From a plasmid, in the NCBI RefSeq assembly GCF_054482525.1, contig NZ_JBTHVG010000004.1: a stretch of DNA of 64,000 nt; one strand, 5' to 3'. Made by a program: the position numbers and the translations under genes. A model generated the notes under the pieces. That model had not been told where the DNA came from. It worked only from the letters and a program-made list of their open reading frames with translations, and searched no databases. Of the stretch, positions 1 to 7,011 are shown piece after piece (the first letter of the stretch is position 1; each line of letters begins with the position of its first letter).

Positions 1-1
1 A

Positions 2-655
2 GAGCGCACGCTGGCAGTCCAGGCGGCACTCATGCAGCAGCCGGACAAATCTCTGGCACTGCTGGCATGGACGCTCTGCCTGAATGTGTTTGGCAGCGGG
101 GCGTACAGTAAACCAGCACAAATCAGCCTGGAATGTGAACATTACTCGCTGACCAGCGATGCGCCATCGGGGAAGGAAGGTGCCGCATTCATGGCGCTGA
201 TGGCAGAAAAAGCCCGTCTTGCTGCCCTGTTACCGGAGGGATGGTCACGGGACATGACGACATTCCTGTCACTCAGTCAGGAGGTGCTGTTATCCCTGCT
301 CAGCTTCTGCACTGCGTGCAGCATCCACGGTGTTCAGACCCGTGAGTATGGTCACACGTCACGCAGTCCGCTGGACTCGCTGGAAACCGCTATCGGCTTT
401 CACATGCGCGACTGGTGGCAGCCGACAAAAGCAAACTTCTTCGGACACCTGAAAAAGCCGCAGATTATCGCAGCCCTGAATGAGGCAGGACTGTCCGGTG
501 CCGCACGGGACGCGGAGAAGATGAAGAAAGGCGATGCCGCTGAACATGCAGAGTTCCATATGAAAGACAACCGCTGGGTGCCTGGCTGGATGTGTTCACC
601 ACGTCCACAGACGGATGCCACTGAACGCGCCGATAACCTGGCTGATGCCGCCTGA
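2..655 (+). CDS. ParB-like leading-region protein, C-terminal part (5' end lies outside the window)
   Basis: The reading frame is open from base 2 with no stop before the ATG at 32. It lies directly upstream of psiB, as in F and IncI leading regions. The family call rests on my recollection of the conserved C-terminus (HMRDWWQPTKANFFGHL). Confidence 0.55.
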   Translation, partial: ERTLAVQAALMQQPDKSLALLAWTLCLNVFGSGAYSKPAQISLECEHYSLTSDAPSGKEGAAFMALMAEKARLAALLPEGWSRDMTTFLSLSQEVLLSLLSFCTACSIHGVQTREYGHTSRSPLDSLETAIGFHMRDWWQPTKANFFGHLKKPQIIAALNEAGLSGAARDAEKMKKGDAAEHAEFHMKDNRWVPGWMCSPRPQTDATERADNLADAA

Positions 656-706
656 TGAACAACCACACCGCCCCGCCGGAGACGGGGCGGCAGAGGGAGA
701 AATACG

Positions 707-1144
707 ATGATGAATACCGAACTGACACTGAATGCCCTGCAGTCCATGAATGCCCAGGAATATGAAGAAATCCGTGCTGCGGGAAGCGATATGCGCCGTA
801 ATCTCACTCACGAGGTGATGCGTGAAGTGGACGCACCAGCTAACTGGATGATGAACGGAGAGTATGGCAGCGAGTTCGGGGGCTTTTTCCCCGTCCAGGT
901 TCGTTTCACGCCAGCCCACGAACGTTTCCACCTGGCATTATGTTCGCCGGGAGACGTCTCTCAGCTCTGGATGCTGGTTCTGGTGAATGGTGGTGGACAG
1001 CCTTTCGCCGTCGTTCAGGTGCAACATATCTTCACGCCTGTCGCGATCAGTCACACGCTGGCGCTTGCCGCGACACTGGATGCGCAGGGATACAGTGTTA
1101 ACGACATCATCCATATCCTGATGGCAGAAGGAGGTCAGGCATGA
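707..1144 (+). CDS. psiB: Plasmid SOS-inhibition protein PsiB
   Basis: 145-codon ORF whose sequence ([20 protein letters not shown]...) I recognise as PsiB. It lies immediately upstream of, and overlaps, psiA. Confidence 0.9.
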   Translation: MMNTELTLNALQSMNAQEYEEIRAAGSDMRRNLTHEVMREVDAPANWMMNGEYGSEFGGFFPVQVRFTPAHERFHLALCSPGDVSQLWMLVLVNGGGQPFAVVQVQHIFTPVAISHTLALAATLDAQGYSVNDIIHILMAEGGQA

Positions 1145-1860
1145 GCGCACGTTCACGGGCACTGATCCCCCTCAGCGCAGAACAACAGGCCGCCATGCAG
1201 GCGGTGGCTGTCACAGAACAACGTCGTCGTCAGGGACGCACACTTTCAGCATGGCCTTATGCCACCGCTTTCTTTCGCTGCCTGAATGGCAGTCGCCGGA
1301 TTTCGCTGACCGATCTCCGCTTTTTTGCCCCTGCGCTGACGAAGGAGGAATTTCATGGCAACCGTCTCCTGTGGCTGGCTGCCGTGGATAAACTGATTGA
1401 AAGTTTTGGGGAAGTCTGTGTTCTTCCCCTGCCATCCGATGCGGGGCACCGTCTGTTCCCGTCCGTGCCTTTTCGTGAAGGTGAGCGTCGTCGTCAGAAA
1501 ACCACGCTGACAGAGCAGAAATACAGCCGCCAGCGGGAACGTGAGGCAGAACGACGGGAACTGGAATACCAGACATGTTTTGCTCAGGCGCAGATTGACC
1601 TTGCGTTTCATACTCCCGCCACGGTCGGAAGCTGGTTGTCCCGCTGGTCTGGTGTTGTTGAGGAGCATGATCTGGAAACGATTTTCTGGGGGTGGTGCGG
1701 GCGTTTTCCGTCACTGTCATCATTTGACCGGTTTTTCTGGCAGGAGGAACCACTCTGGCGGCTGATTTTTGAAGCCGGTGAGGCCGGTCGTGGTGCACCG
1801 ATACAGGTACGTGCACTTGAGCAGTGGATGATCCCGAACAAGCTGGAGAACGTAATATGA
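1141..1860 (+). CDS. psiA: PsiA
   Basis: 239 aa. Its ATG overlaps the psiB stop (ATGA at 1141-1144). The sequence is recognised as PsiA of F/IncI leading regions. Confidence 0.9.
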   Translation: MSARSRALIPLSAEQQAAMQAVAVTEQRRRQGRTLSAWPYATAFFRCLNGSRRISLTDLRFFAPALTKEEFHGNRLLWLAAVDKLIESFGEVCVLPLPSDAGHRLFPSVPFREGERRRQKTTLTEQKYSRQREREAERRELEYQTCFAQAQIDLAFHTPATVGSWLSRWSGVVEEHDLETIFWGWCGRFPSLSSFDRFFWQEEPLWRLIFEAGEAGRGAPIQVRALEQWMIPNKLENVI

Positions 1861-2453
1861 TGAAATCAGACGAAAAATACCAGGTTCCCGCGTGGATGCG
1901 ACCTCTGTTGCCGTTGCTCTGCAACACCGGGGGGAACGATCCGGAAGAACTGCTGAATGATACAGAAACCACTGCCAGTGCGAATGTTGTCCGTTATGTA
2001 CTGATAGTTGCTGTGCGGTCGCAGGTTGATCTGCTGCAGCTTCTGTACAGGAAAGGGCTGTTGCGCACAGAGATACCAGGTGGCTTTTCACCGGAAGAAG
2101 CGCAGGCACTCCTGGATAATCTGGTGCGCAGCCATATCAGCAAGGCGCTGTCGGGCGAGCGAATGGCAGCCCGTGACAGAAATGCCGATCTGGCCTGGAT
2201 TAGACAGCAACTGGTCGATGCCGCCTGGTTTGTCCGTGCCACACTGGAAGCGCATGGGATGAGCGTCGGAAATGAGAGTCCCCCTGCTCCGCCGGAGACA
2301 ATGCCGGACATACAGACACGGGAACTGGTGATGTTGATCAAGCGACTGGCATCATCGCTGAAAGCGGTGAAACCGGACAGTTGTGTGGTGCGTGAAGCGC
2401 AGGACTGGCTGCGCGACAGAAAACTTGTGGATATCACAGATATTCTCCGGTGA
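1857..2453 (+). CDS. Leading-region hypothetical protein (198 aa)
   Basis: The ATG at 1857 overlaps the psiA stop, which suggests translational coupling. No domain is recognisable. I prefer this start over the track start at 1824. Confidence 0.6.
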   Translation: MMKSDEKYQVPAWMRPLLPLLCNTGGNDPEELLNDTETTASANVVRYVLIVAVRSQVDLLQLLYRKGLLRTEIPGGFSPEEAQALLDNLVRSHISKALSGERMAARDRNADLAWIRQQLVDAAWFVRATLEAHGMSVGNESPPAPPETMPDIQTRELVMLIKRLASSLKAVKPDSCVVREAQDWLRDRKLVDITDILR

Positions 2454-2640
2454 ACCAGGCATGTATATTTTACGCAGGGACATGCCGGTCATGATCGTTT
2501 CGTTCCAGGGGTGGTCTGGAGATCATGCGGTGTGCTCCCTGCTCTCGCCGGAATAAGGACGTCGCCGCCGGCTCCGCTTTTACCCGGCCATGCGGGGCAT
2601 GGCCTTGTGGGTTTTCAGTTATGTGGCCTCAGCGTCGTGT

Positions 2641-2880
2641 GCGGGCTGTGCCGTGCCTCCATCGTAGCCGGGCTTCTGCGGGCGGGTTGCAAGGTAAGGT
2701 GAACCGCTGCGGTCACCCGGTCCCTCCTTCCCGTCCGCCGTGATTTTCCGGTCGTTCACCCGCTCAGATTTCGCGGTCTCACCCTCCAACTCCCGCCAGC
2801 CGTGTGCGTCAGGCTGCGGCTTCCCTTGCGCCCTTGCAACCCTGCAGGCCCGGCAAAGATGGAGGCACGGCACCGCCCGG
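2641..2880 (+). promoter_or_regulatory. Long imperfect hairpin upstream of ardA (candidate single-strand promoter/ssi-type element)
   Basis: Bases 2641-2694 form an imperfect inverted repeat with 2832-2880. The core ccgtgcctccatc (2651-2663) pairs perfectly with gatggaggcacgg (2858-2870). The structure ends 35 nt before the ardA ATG. Confidence 0.55.
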
Positions 2881-2914
2881 TGTCGCAGAACATGTGACTA
2901 TGGAGGATTCGGGA

Positions 2915-3415
2915 ATGTCTGTTGTTGCACCTGCTGTATACGTTGGAACCTGGCACAAATACAACTGTGGAAGCATCGCCGGACGCTGGTTTGACCTGAC
3001 CACGTTTGATGATGAGCGCGACTTTTTCGCCGCCTGCCGTGCTCTTCACCAGGATGAAGCCGATCCTGAACTGATGTTTCAGGATTATGAGGGATTCCCG
3101 GGGAATATGGCCTCTGAATGCCATATCAACTGGGCCTGGGTTGAAGGCTTCCGCCAGGCACGGGATGAAGGCTGCGAAGAGGCTTATCGTCTCTGGGTGG
3201 AGGATACCGGTGAGACGGATTTTGACACCTTCCGCGATGCCTGGTGGGGCGAGGCTGACAGTGAGGAGGCTTTTGCGGTTGAGTTCGCCAGTGATACCGG
3301 CCTGCTGGCTGACGTGCCGGAGACGGTGGCGCTCTATTTTGACTATGAGGCGTATGCGCGGGATTTATTCCTGGACTCCTTCACCTTTATTGACGGTCAT
3401 GTGTTCCGTCGGTGA
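2915..3415 (+). CDS. ardA: Antirestriction protein ArdA (166 aa)
   Basis: Sequence MSVVAPAVYVGTWHKYNCGSIAGRWFDL... is recognised as ColIb-P9-type ArdA. It is acidic and 166 aa from the ATG at 2915. The track start at 2804 is an upstream extension. Confidence 0.9.
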   Translation: MSVVAPAVYVGTWHKYNCGSIAGRWFDLTTFDDERDFFAACRALHQDEADPELMFQDYEGFPGNMASECHINWAWVEGFRQARDEGCEEAYRLWVEDTGETDFDTFRDAWWGEADSEEAFAVEFASDTGLLADVPETVALYFDYEAYARDLFLDSFTFIDGHVFRR

Positions 3416-3768
3416 TTTACTCCCCCGCTCCGGCGGGGGTATGGCCTGCCAGGCCGCCGGAAAACCCTGGCAGGCTTACGCCTGCCTGAAATGCAGGAGG
3501 GCCGCGCCTGCGGCGCTGCCCTTCCTGCCCGTCATGGTGTGAGGCATTTTTCTGTTATGTCGTTTCTGTTGTTCTGATTTCCGGAGGCGGGGACACCTTC
3601 GGCTCCCGGCTGCCTGGCGGCATCCGGTCGTCAGGCCCGACTCCGACAGGCAGCTGCTGGCGCACCCGCCAGTCTCCGCCGAACCCGCTGGCGCGGTTTC
3701 GGGCTGCCGCTACGGTCCGATGTCTGAAAAACCAGGCTTGCAGCGACCGTTCCGGTCGCGCCGCCCCT

Positions 3769-4105
3769 GTCGCGCCGGAAACGGCGCTCCCTGCACACCT
3801 GACGGTGTGTAAGGCCACTGCGCCTGATGGCGCAGTCAACCCTTCCGCCGCCACCCCTGCGGCCTGTTTCCCGCTGTGGACTTTCCGGGGGCTGGAGTAA
3901 CCACATCCCGTTTCAGCAGTCCAGGGGAAGATATACCGTCCACAAAATTTTTAGCCATAAACCCGGCAAAAAATTTTGCGTCCGCCCCCGGACAGCTGCC
4001 CCGTGACGTGGTGACGGACGCCCCATCGGAAAGGTCCACTGCGGGGAGAAACCCCGAAGAAGTGGACGGCAGAAGGGGCTTTCGCCCCTCCGGGGAGCAA
4101 CCGGT
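3769..4105 (+). promoter_or_regulatory. Frpo/ssi-like repeat, copy I (non-coding, hairpin-forming)
   Basis: About 335 bp, repeated at 6635-6965. It contains a roughly 160-nt imperfect hairpin: ggactttcc (3878-3886) pairs with ggaaaggtcc (4028-4037), with an inner caaaattttt/aaaaattttg stem. It ends 39 nt before the ORF at 4144. Confidence 0.65.
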
Positions 4106-4143
4106 CGGCCCGGCGACCTGATTCAGCAGAAGGAGACGTTTTC

Positions 4144-4578
4144 ATGACTGTCAGCAGCACGATTTCCGTTTTTTGCCGCGACGGGGTGTTCCGTACCGTT
4201 TACTGCCACCTGCACGGTGAGCCGACCTGGAACGGTCGCATCCTGCATACCCACTATGCCACCGGTCAGCAGGCCGAAGCCCTGGTTGAACACGGTGATA
4301 TCCGTTGCCTCGGTCCCCGTTGCGACAAACCCGCCGGGCATACGCTTCAGAACCCGGTGGACGGTGTGACGGCTTATTACGGACGTGACAGTGGTTTCCG
4401 GATGGACAGTGAGGCGCGTGAGTACCGTTCTTTCAGGGAGGCTATTGCCACTGAAAGCACTGAAGAGGTGCGCTTCCATTATGTGTTCATCGACGGCTAC
4501 TGGAAGGTGATGTACCGCACGCCGGAAGGCTGGAAGATGAAAGCGCTCGCGCTGGCACTGCGTCGCTGTCCGAAATGA
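4144..4578 (+). CDS. Leading-region hypothetical protein (144 aa)
   Basis: ORF with a GGAGA sequence 8 nt upstream of the ATG, immediately downstream of Frpo-like copy I. No domain recognised. Confidence 0.65.
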   Translation: MTVSSTISVFCRDGVFRTVYCHLHGEPTWNGRILHTHYATGQQAEALVEHGDIRCLGPRCDKPAGHTLQNPVDGVTAYYGRDSGFRMDSEAREYRSFREAIATESTEEVRFHYVFIDGYWKVMYRTPEGWKMKALALALRRCPK

Positions 4579-4583
4579 AAAAA

Positions 4584-4604
4584 GGCAGGGCGATAAACCC
4601 TGCC
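4584..4604 (+). terminator. Stem-loop after the 144-aa ORF
   Basis: ggcaggg-cgataaa-ccctgcc hairpin 6 nt after the stop codon. The following T-tract is weak. Confidence 0.45.
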
Positions 4605-4670
4605 TCTCTCCGCCGGCGCTTCCCCGCCAGGAAGTCCGGCATCTCAATCACTATCTATGGAGATTATGCC

Positions 4671-4937
4671 ATGAGACCATCAATTATCTTCGCAACCGCC
4701 GAGTATGTAAAGCGTCTGCGTGAAGAGTGCCTGCGGGAGAATAAACCCCTGCACCGCCATACCCGCTTCAGACGTCAGGAGCTGGCACAGGATGAGATTA
4801 ACCCGGACGTCCTGGCGATGAGCGGCCATATCGCCAGACGCTGCAGTGAGCAGAAGCGGGTGCGTATCCCCGCTATGAAAGTCAGCGAATGGGGCCACCT
4901 GCTCCGCGCGCTTGAAATTGAGCGGGTCTGCCACTGA
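4671..4937 (+). CDS. Leading-region hypothetical protein (88 aa)
   Basis: The ATG at 4671 is preceded by GGAGA. The track start at 4575 would read through the hairpin at 4584-4604. The protein is basic and has no recognised domain. Confidence 0.55.
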   Translation: MRPSIIFATAEYVKRLREECLRENKPLHRHTRFRRQELAQDEINPDVLAMSGHIARRCSEQKRVRIPAMKVSEWGHLLRALEIERVCH

Positions 4938-5001
4938 TTAACCCTTGCCGTCTGCCTGTGCAGGCGGCAGGATACGTTCAGACATCTCACCAGGAGGAAC
5001 C

Positions 5002-5892
5002 GTGAGTAAGAAGAAAACCACCACGACGCCCACGCCGCATGATGCCGCGTTCCGGTCGTTCCTGGCGAATCCCGACGTCGCCAGAGATTTTCTGGAACTG
5101 CATCTTCCGGCGGAGTACCGGCAGTTGTGCGACCTGTCCACGCTGAAGCTGGAACCCGCCACCTTTGTTGAGCCGGACCTGCATCAGTACGCCAGCGATA
5201 TCCTCTGGAGTGTGAAAACCACCGGGGGTGAAGACGGCTATGTTTATACGCTCATCGAGCACCAGAGCACCGAAAATCTGTACATGCCTTTCCGCATGTT
5301 ACGTTACAGTGTGGCGGCGATGCAGAGACATCTGGAGCAGCACAAAACGTTGCCACTGGTGATTCCTGTGCTGTTCTATCATGGTGAGCGCAGCCCGTAC
5401 CCGTACAGCATGAACTGGCTGGACTGTTTTGAGAATCCGGCACTTGCGGCTAAAATATACACAAAGCCGTTTCCGCTGGTTGATATCACTGTCGTTGATG
5501 ACAATGAAATCATGAACCATCGCCGGATGGCCGCACTGACGCTGCTGATGAAGCATATCCGCCATCGTGACATGATGGATCTGCTGGACAAACTCCCGCA
5601 GGTCATGGTGGAAATTTCAGACGAGCAGGTGCGTGTTCTGATTCATTACATCGTTAACGCAGGGGACTCTGTATCACCGGAATTTATGCGGGCGCTGGCT
5701 GAGCGTCTGCCGCAGCATGAGGATAAACTGATGACTATCGCAGAACGTCTTGAGCAAAAAGGTCGCCAGGAAGGAGCGCTTGAAAAAGCCCTGGCTATTG
5801 CGTGCCAGCTTCAGAAAATGGGGATGACGCCGGAGCAGATTAAGCAGGCTACCGGACTTTCCGAAGCTGAACTGAAAAAAATCATTCACTGA
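5002..5892 (+). CDS. Rpn-family (YhgA-like, PD-(D/E)XK) recombination-promoting nuclease
   Basis: GTG at 5002 with AGGAGG at 4993-4998. It has the PHDAAFRSF N-terminus and the D...IEHQS nuclease core typical of RpnA-E/YhgA proteins, plus the helical C-terminal domain KLMTIAERLEQKGRQEG. Confidence 0.8.
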   Translation: MSKKKTTTTPTPHDAAFRSFLANPDVARDFLELHLPAEYRQLCDLSTLKLEPATFVEPDLHQYASDILWSVKTTGGEDGYVYTLIEHQSTENLYMPFRMLRYSVAAMQRHLEQHKTLPLVIPVLFYHGERSPYPYSMNWLDCFENPALAAKIYTKPFPLVDITVVDDNEIMNHRRMAALTLLMKHIRHRDMMDLLDKLPQVMVEISDEQVRVLIHYIVNAGDSVSPEFMRALAERLPQHEDKLMTIAERLEQKGRQEGALEKALAIACQLQKMGMTPEQIKQATGLSEAELKKIIH

Positions 5893-5903
5893 TGAGAGCA
5901 TCA

Positions 5904-5930
5904 CAGCCCGGCAAAATGCCGGGCTTTTTT
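5904..5930 (+). terminator. Rho-independent terminator after rpn
   Basis: agcccggc-aaaat-gccgggct followed by tttttt. Confidence 0.8.
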
Positions 5931-5954
5931 GTCAGCAGGAGCAGAGAAAACAGT

Positions 5955-6149
5955 ATGACGCTTGCAGAACGTCTTATACAGAAAGGTTTCGACGAAGGTT
6001 TTAAAGAAGGTTTTAAGAAAGGTGCGCTTGAAGTGGCGCGGGAAGCAGCCTGCCGGCTGCGGGATATGGGCTGGACGCCGGAACGGATTCAGGAGGCGAC
6101 CGGACTTTCCGGTGAAGAACTGAAAAAGCTGTTTCCTGATGAGCAGTAG
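5955..6149 (+). CDS. Free-standing Rpn C-terminal-domain homologue (64 aa)
   Basis: MTLAERLIQKGFDEG...MGWTPERIQEATGLSGEELKKL aligns by eye with the last ~55 aa of the upstream Rpn protein (MTIAERLEQKGRQEG...MGMTPEQIKQATGLSEAELKKI). It starts after the rpn terminator. Its Shine-Dalgarno sequence is weak. Confidence 0.6.
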   Translation: MTLAERLIQKGFDEGFKEGFKKGALEVAREAACRLRDMGWTPERIQEATGLSGEELKKLFPDEQ

Positions 6150-6179
6150 CCTGACATTCTGCCAGGCTGTGAATCACGC

Positions 6180-6431
6180 TCACACATTCCCTGCCGTTTC
6201 CCCCAGTTCATTTTCCAGACGCCTGATGATATCTGCCTTGCGCATCCCCTGCATGTGAGGCAGCAGGTCACGGACTGAAAGTGCCTGGGTGGTCCTCCAG
6301 ACGGTGACGTCCACCTGTTCCGCATTTTCCCAGGCGTGCCATGTTCTCTGCGTCACGCCAAATTCTCTGGCCGCTTTTTCGCGTGACCATAGCATGCTTT
6401 TTCGCCAGATTCGCAGTTCCCAGCCGGTCAT
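6180..6431 (-). CDS. Small helix-turn-helix (XRE-like) DNA-binding protein (83 aa)
   Basis: ORF with an HTH-like segment (REKAAREFGVTQRTWHAWEN). It is divergent from two palindromic boxes. Confidence 0.6.
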   Translation of the reverse strand: MTGWELRIWRKSMLWSREKAAREFGVTQRTWHAWENAEQVDVTVWRTTQALSVRDLLPHMQGMRKADIIRRLENELGETAGNV

Positions 6432-6445
6432 AAAACACCTTTGAA

Positions 6446-6466
6446 AAAGTGAAAAAACTTCACTTT
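6446..6466. promoter_or_regulatory. Palindromic operator-like box 1 (AAAGTGAA-N5-TTCACTTT)
   Basis: Perfect 8-bp arms, 15 bp upstream of the HTH gene start. Confidence 0.5.
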
Positions 6467-6512
6467 ATTTTATCATCACAATTGCCAAATCAGCGCGATA
6501 AATAAGTGTAAA

Positions 6513-6533
6513 AAAGTGAAGAAATTTCACTTT
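6513..6533. promoter_or_regulatory. Palindromic operator-like box 2 (AAAGTGAA-N5-TTCACTTT)
   Basis: Same arms as box 1, with centres 67 bp apart, in an AT-rich intergenic region. Confidence 0.5.
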
Positions 6534-6634
6534 TTTTGTTTGTAAGTGTCGTGCGGTTTTCTCTGTTTTCACCTGTGCGGGAGTGGTGTGCCAGTGACCA
6601 CCACATGCCATTGTTGTGCCGTCGTTTTTCTTCA

Positions 6635-6965
6635 GTCGCGCCGGATGCGGCGCTCCCTGCACACCTTACGGTGTGTAAGGCCACTGCGCCTGATGGCGCA
6701 GCTGTCTCTTGCCTGTCTGCCGCCGCACTGCGGCCTGTTCTCCGCAGACGGACTTTCCGGGGGTACATACACGACCACATCCCGTTTCAGTCGTCCAGGG
6801 GAGAGATGTACCAGCCACAAAACTTTTTGCCGCTGGCGTCAAAAACTTTTGCGTCTGCCCCCGGACAACTGCCCCGTGACGTGGTGAGCGTCCCCCGTCG
6901 GAAAGGTCCACTGCGGGGAAATACCCTAAGACCCGGACGGCAGAAGGAGCTTCGCTCCTCCGGGA
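6635..6965 (+). promoter_or_regulatory. Frpo/ssi-like repeat, copy II
   Basis: Aligns with 3769-4105 along its whole length by eye. The equivalent hairpin runs from 6750-6758 to 6900-6909. It ends about 45 nt before the ORF at 7012. Confidence 0.65.
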
Positions 6966-7011
6966 AATGACCTGGCTGACCCGGCAGTCGTGACGATGAG
7001 GAGACAATGTG

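Noticed and set aside
359-2437. Many long antisense or out-of-frame ORFs overlapping the parB-like gene, psiB, psiA and the 198-aa gene (for example 400-807, 596-931, 1211-1972, 1994-2437).
   Set aside because: They overlap well-recognised genes on the opposite strand or in other frames of GC-rich DNA. They have Arg/Ser/Pro-rich compositions typical of shadow ORFs and no Shine-Dalgarno sequences.
2511-3003. ORFs upstream of ardA (2511-2702, 2525-2743, 2619-2873, 2740-2994, 2809-3003, and the 2804 start of the ardA frame).
   Set aside because: They are mutually overlapping on both strands inside a long inverted repeat. ArdA of the expected 166 aa starts at 2915. The region is better explained as structured non-coding DNA.
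3555-4160. ORFs inside Frpo-like copy I (3555-3854, 3631-3906, 3836-4039, 3876-4121, 3951-4160), and the equivalent set in copy II (6465-7007).
   Set aside because: These are overlapping frames on both strands of a repeated, hairpin-forming element. The two copies differ by indels that would break any common reading frame.
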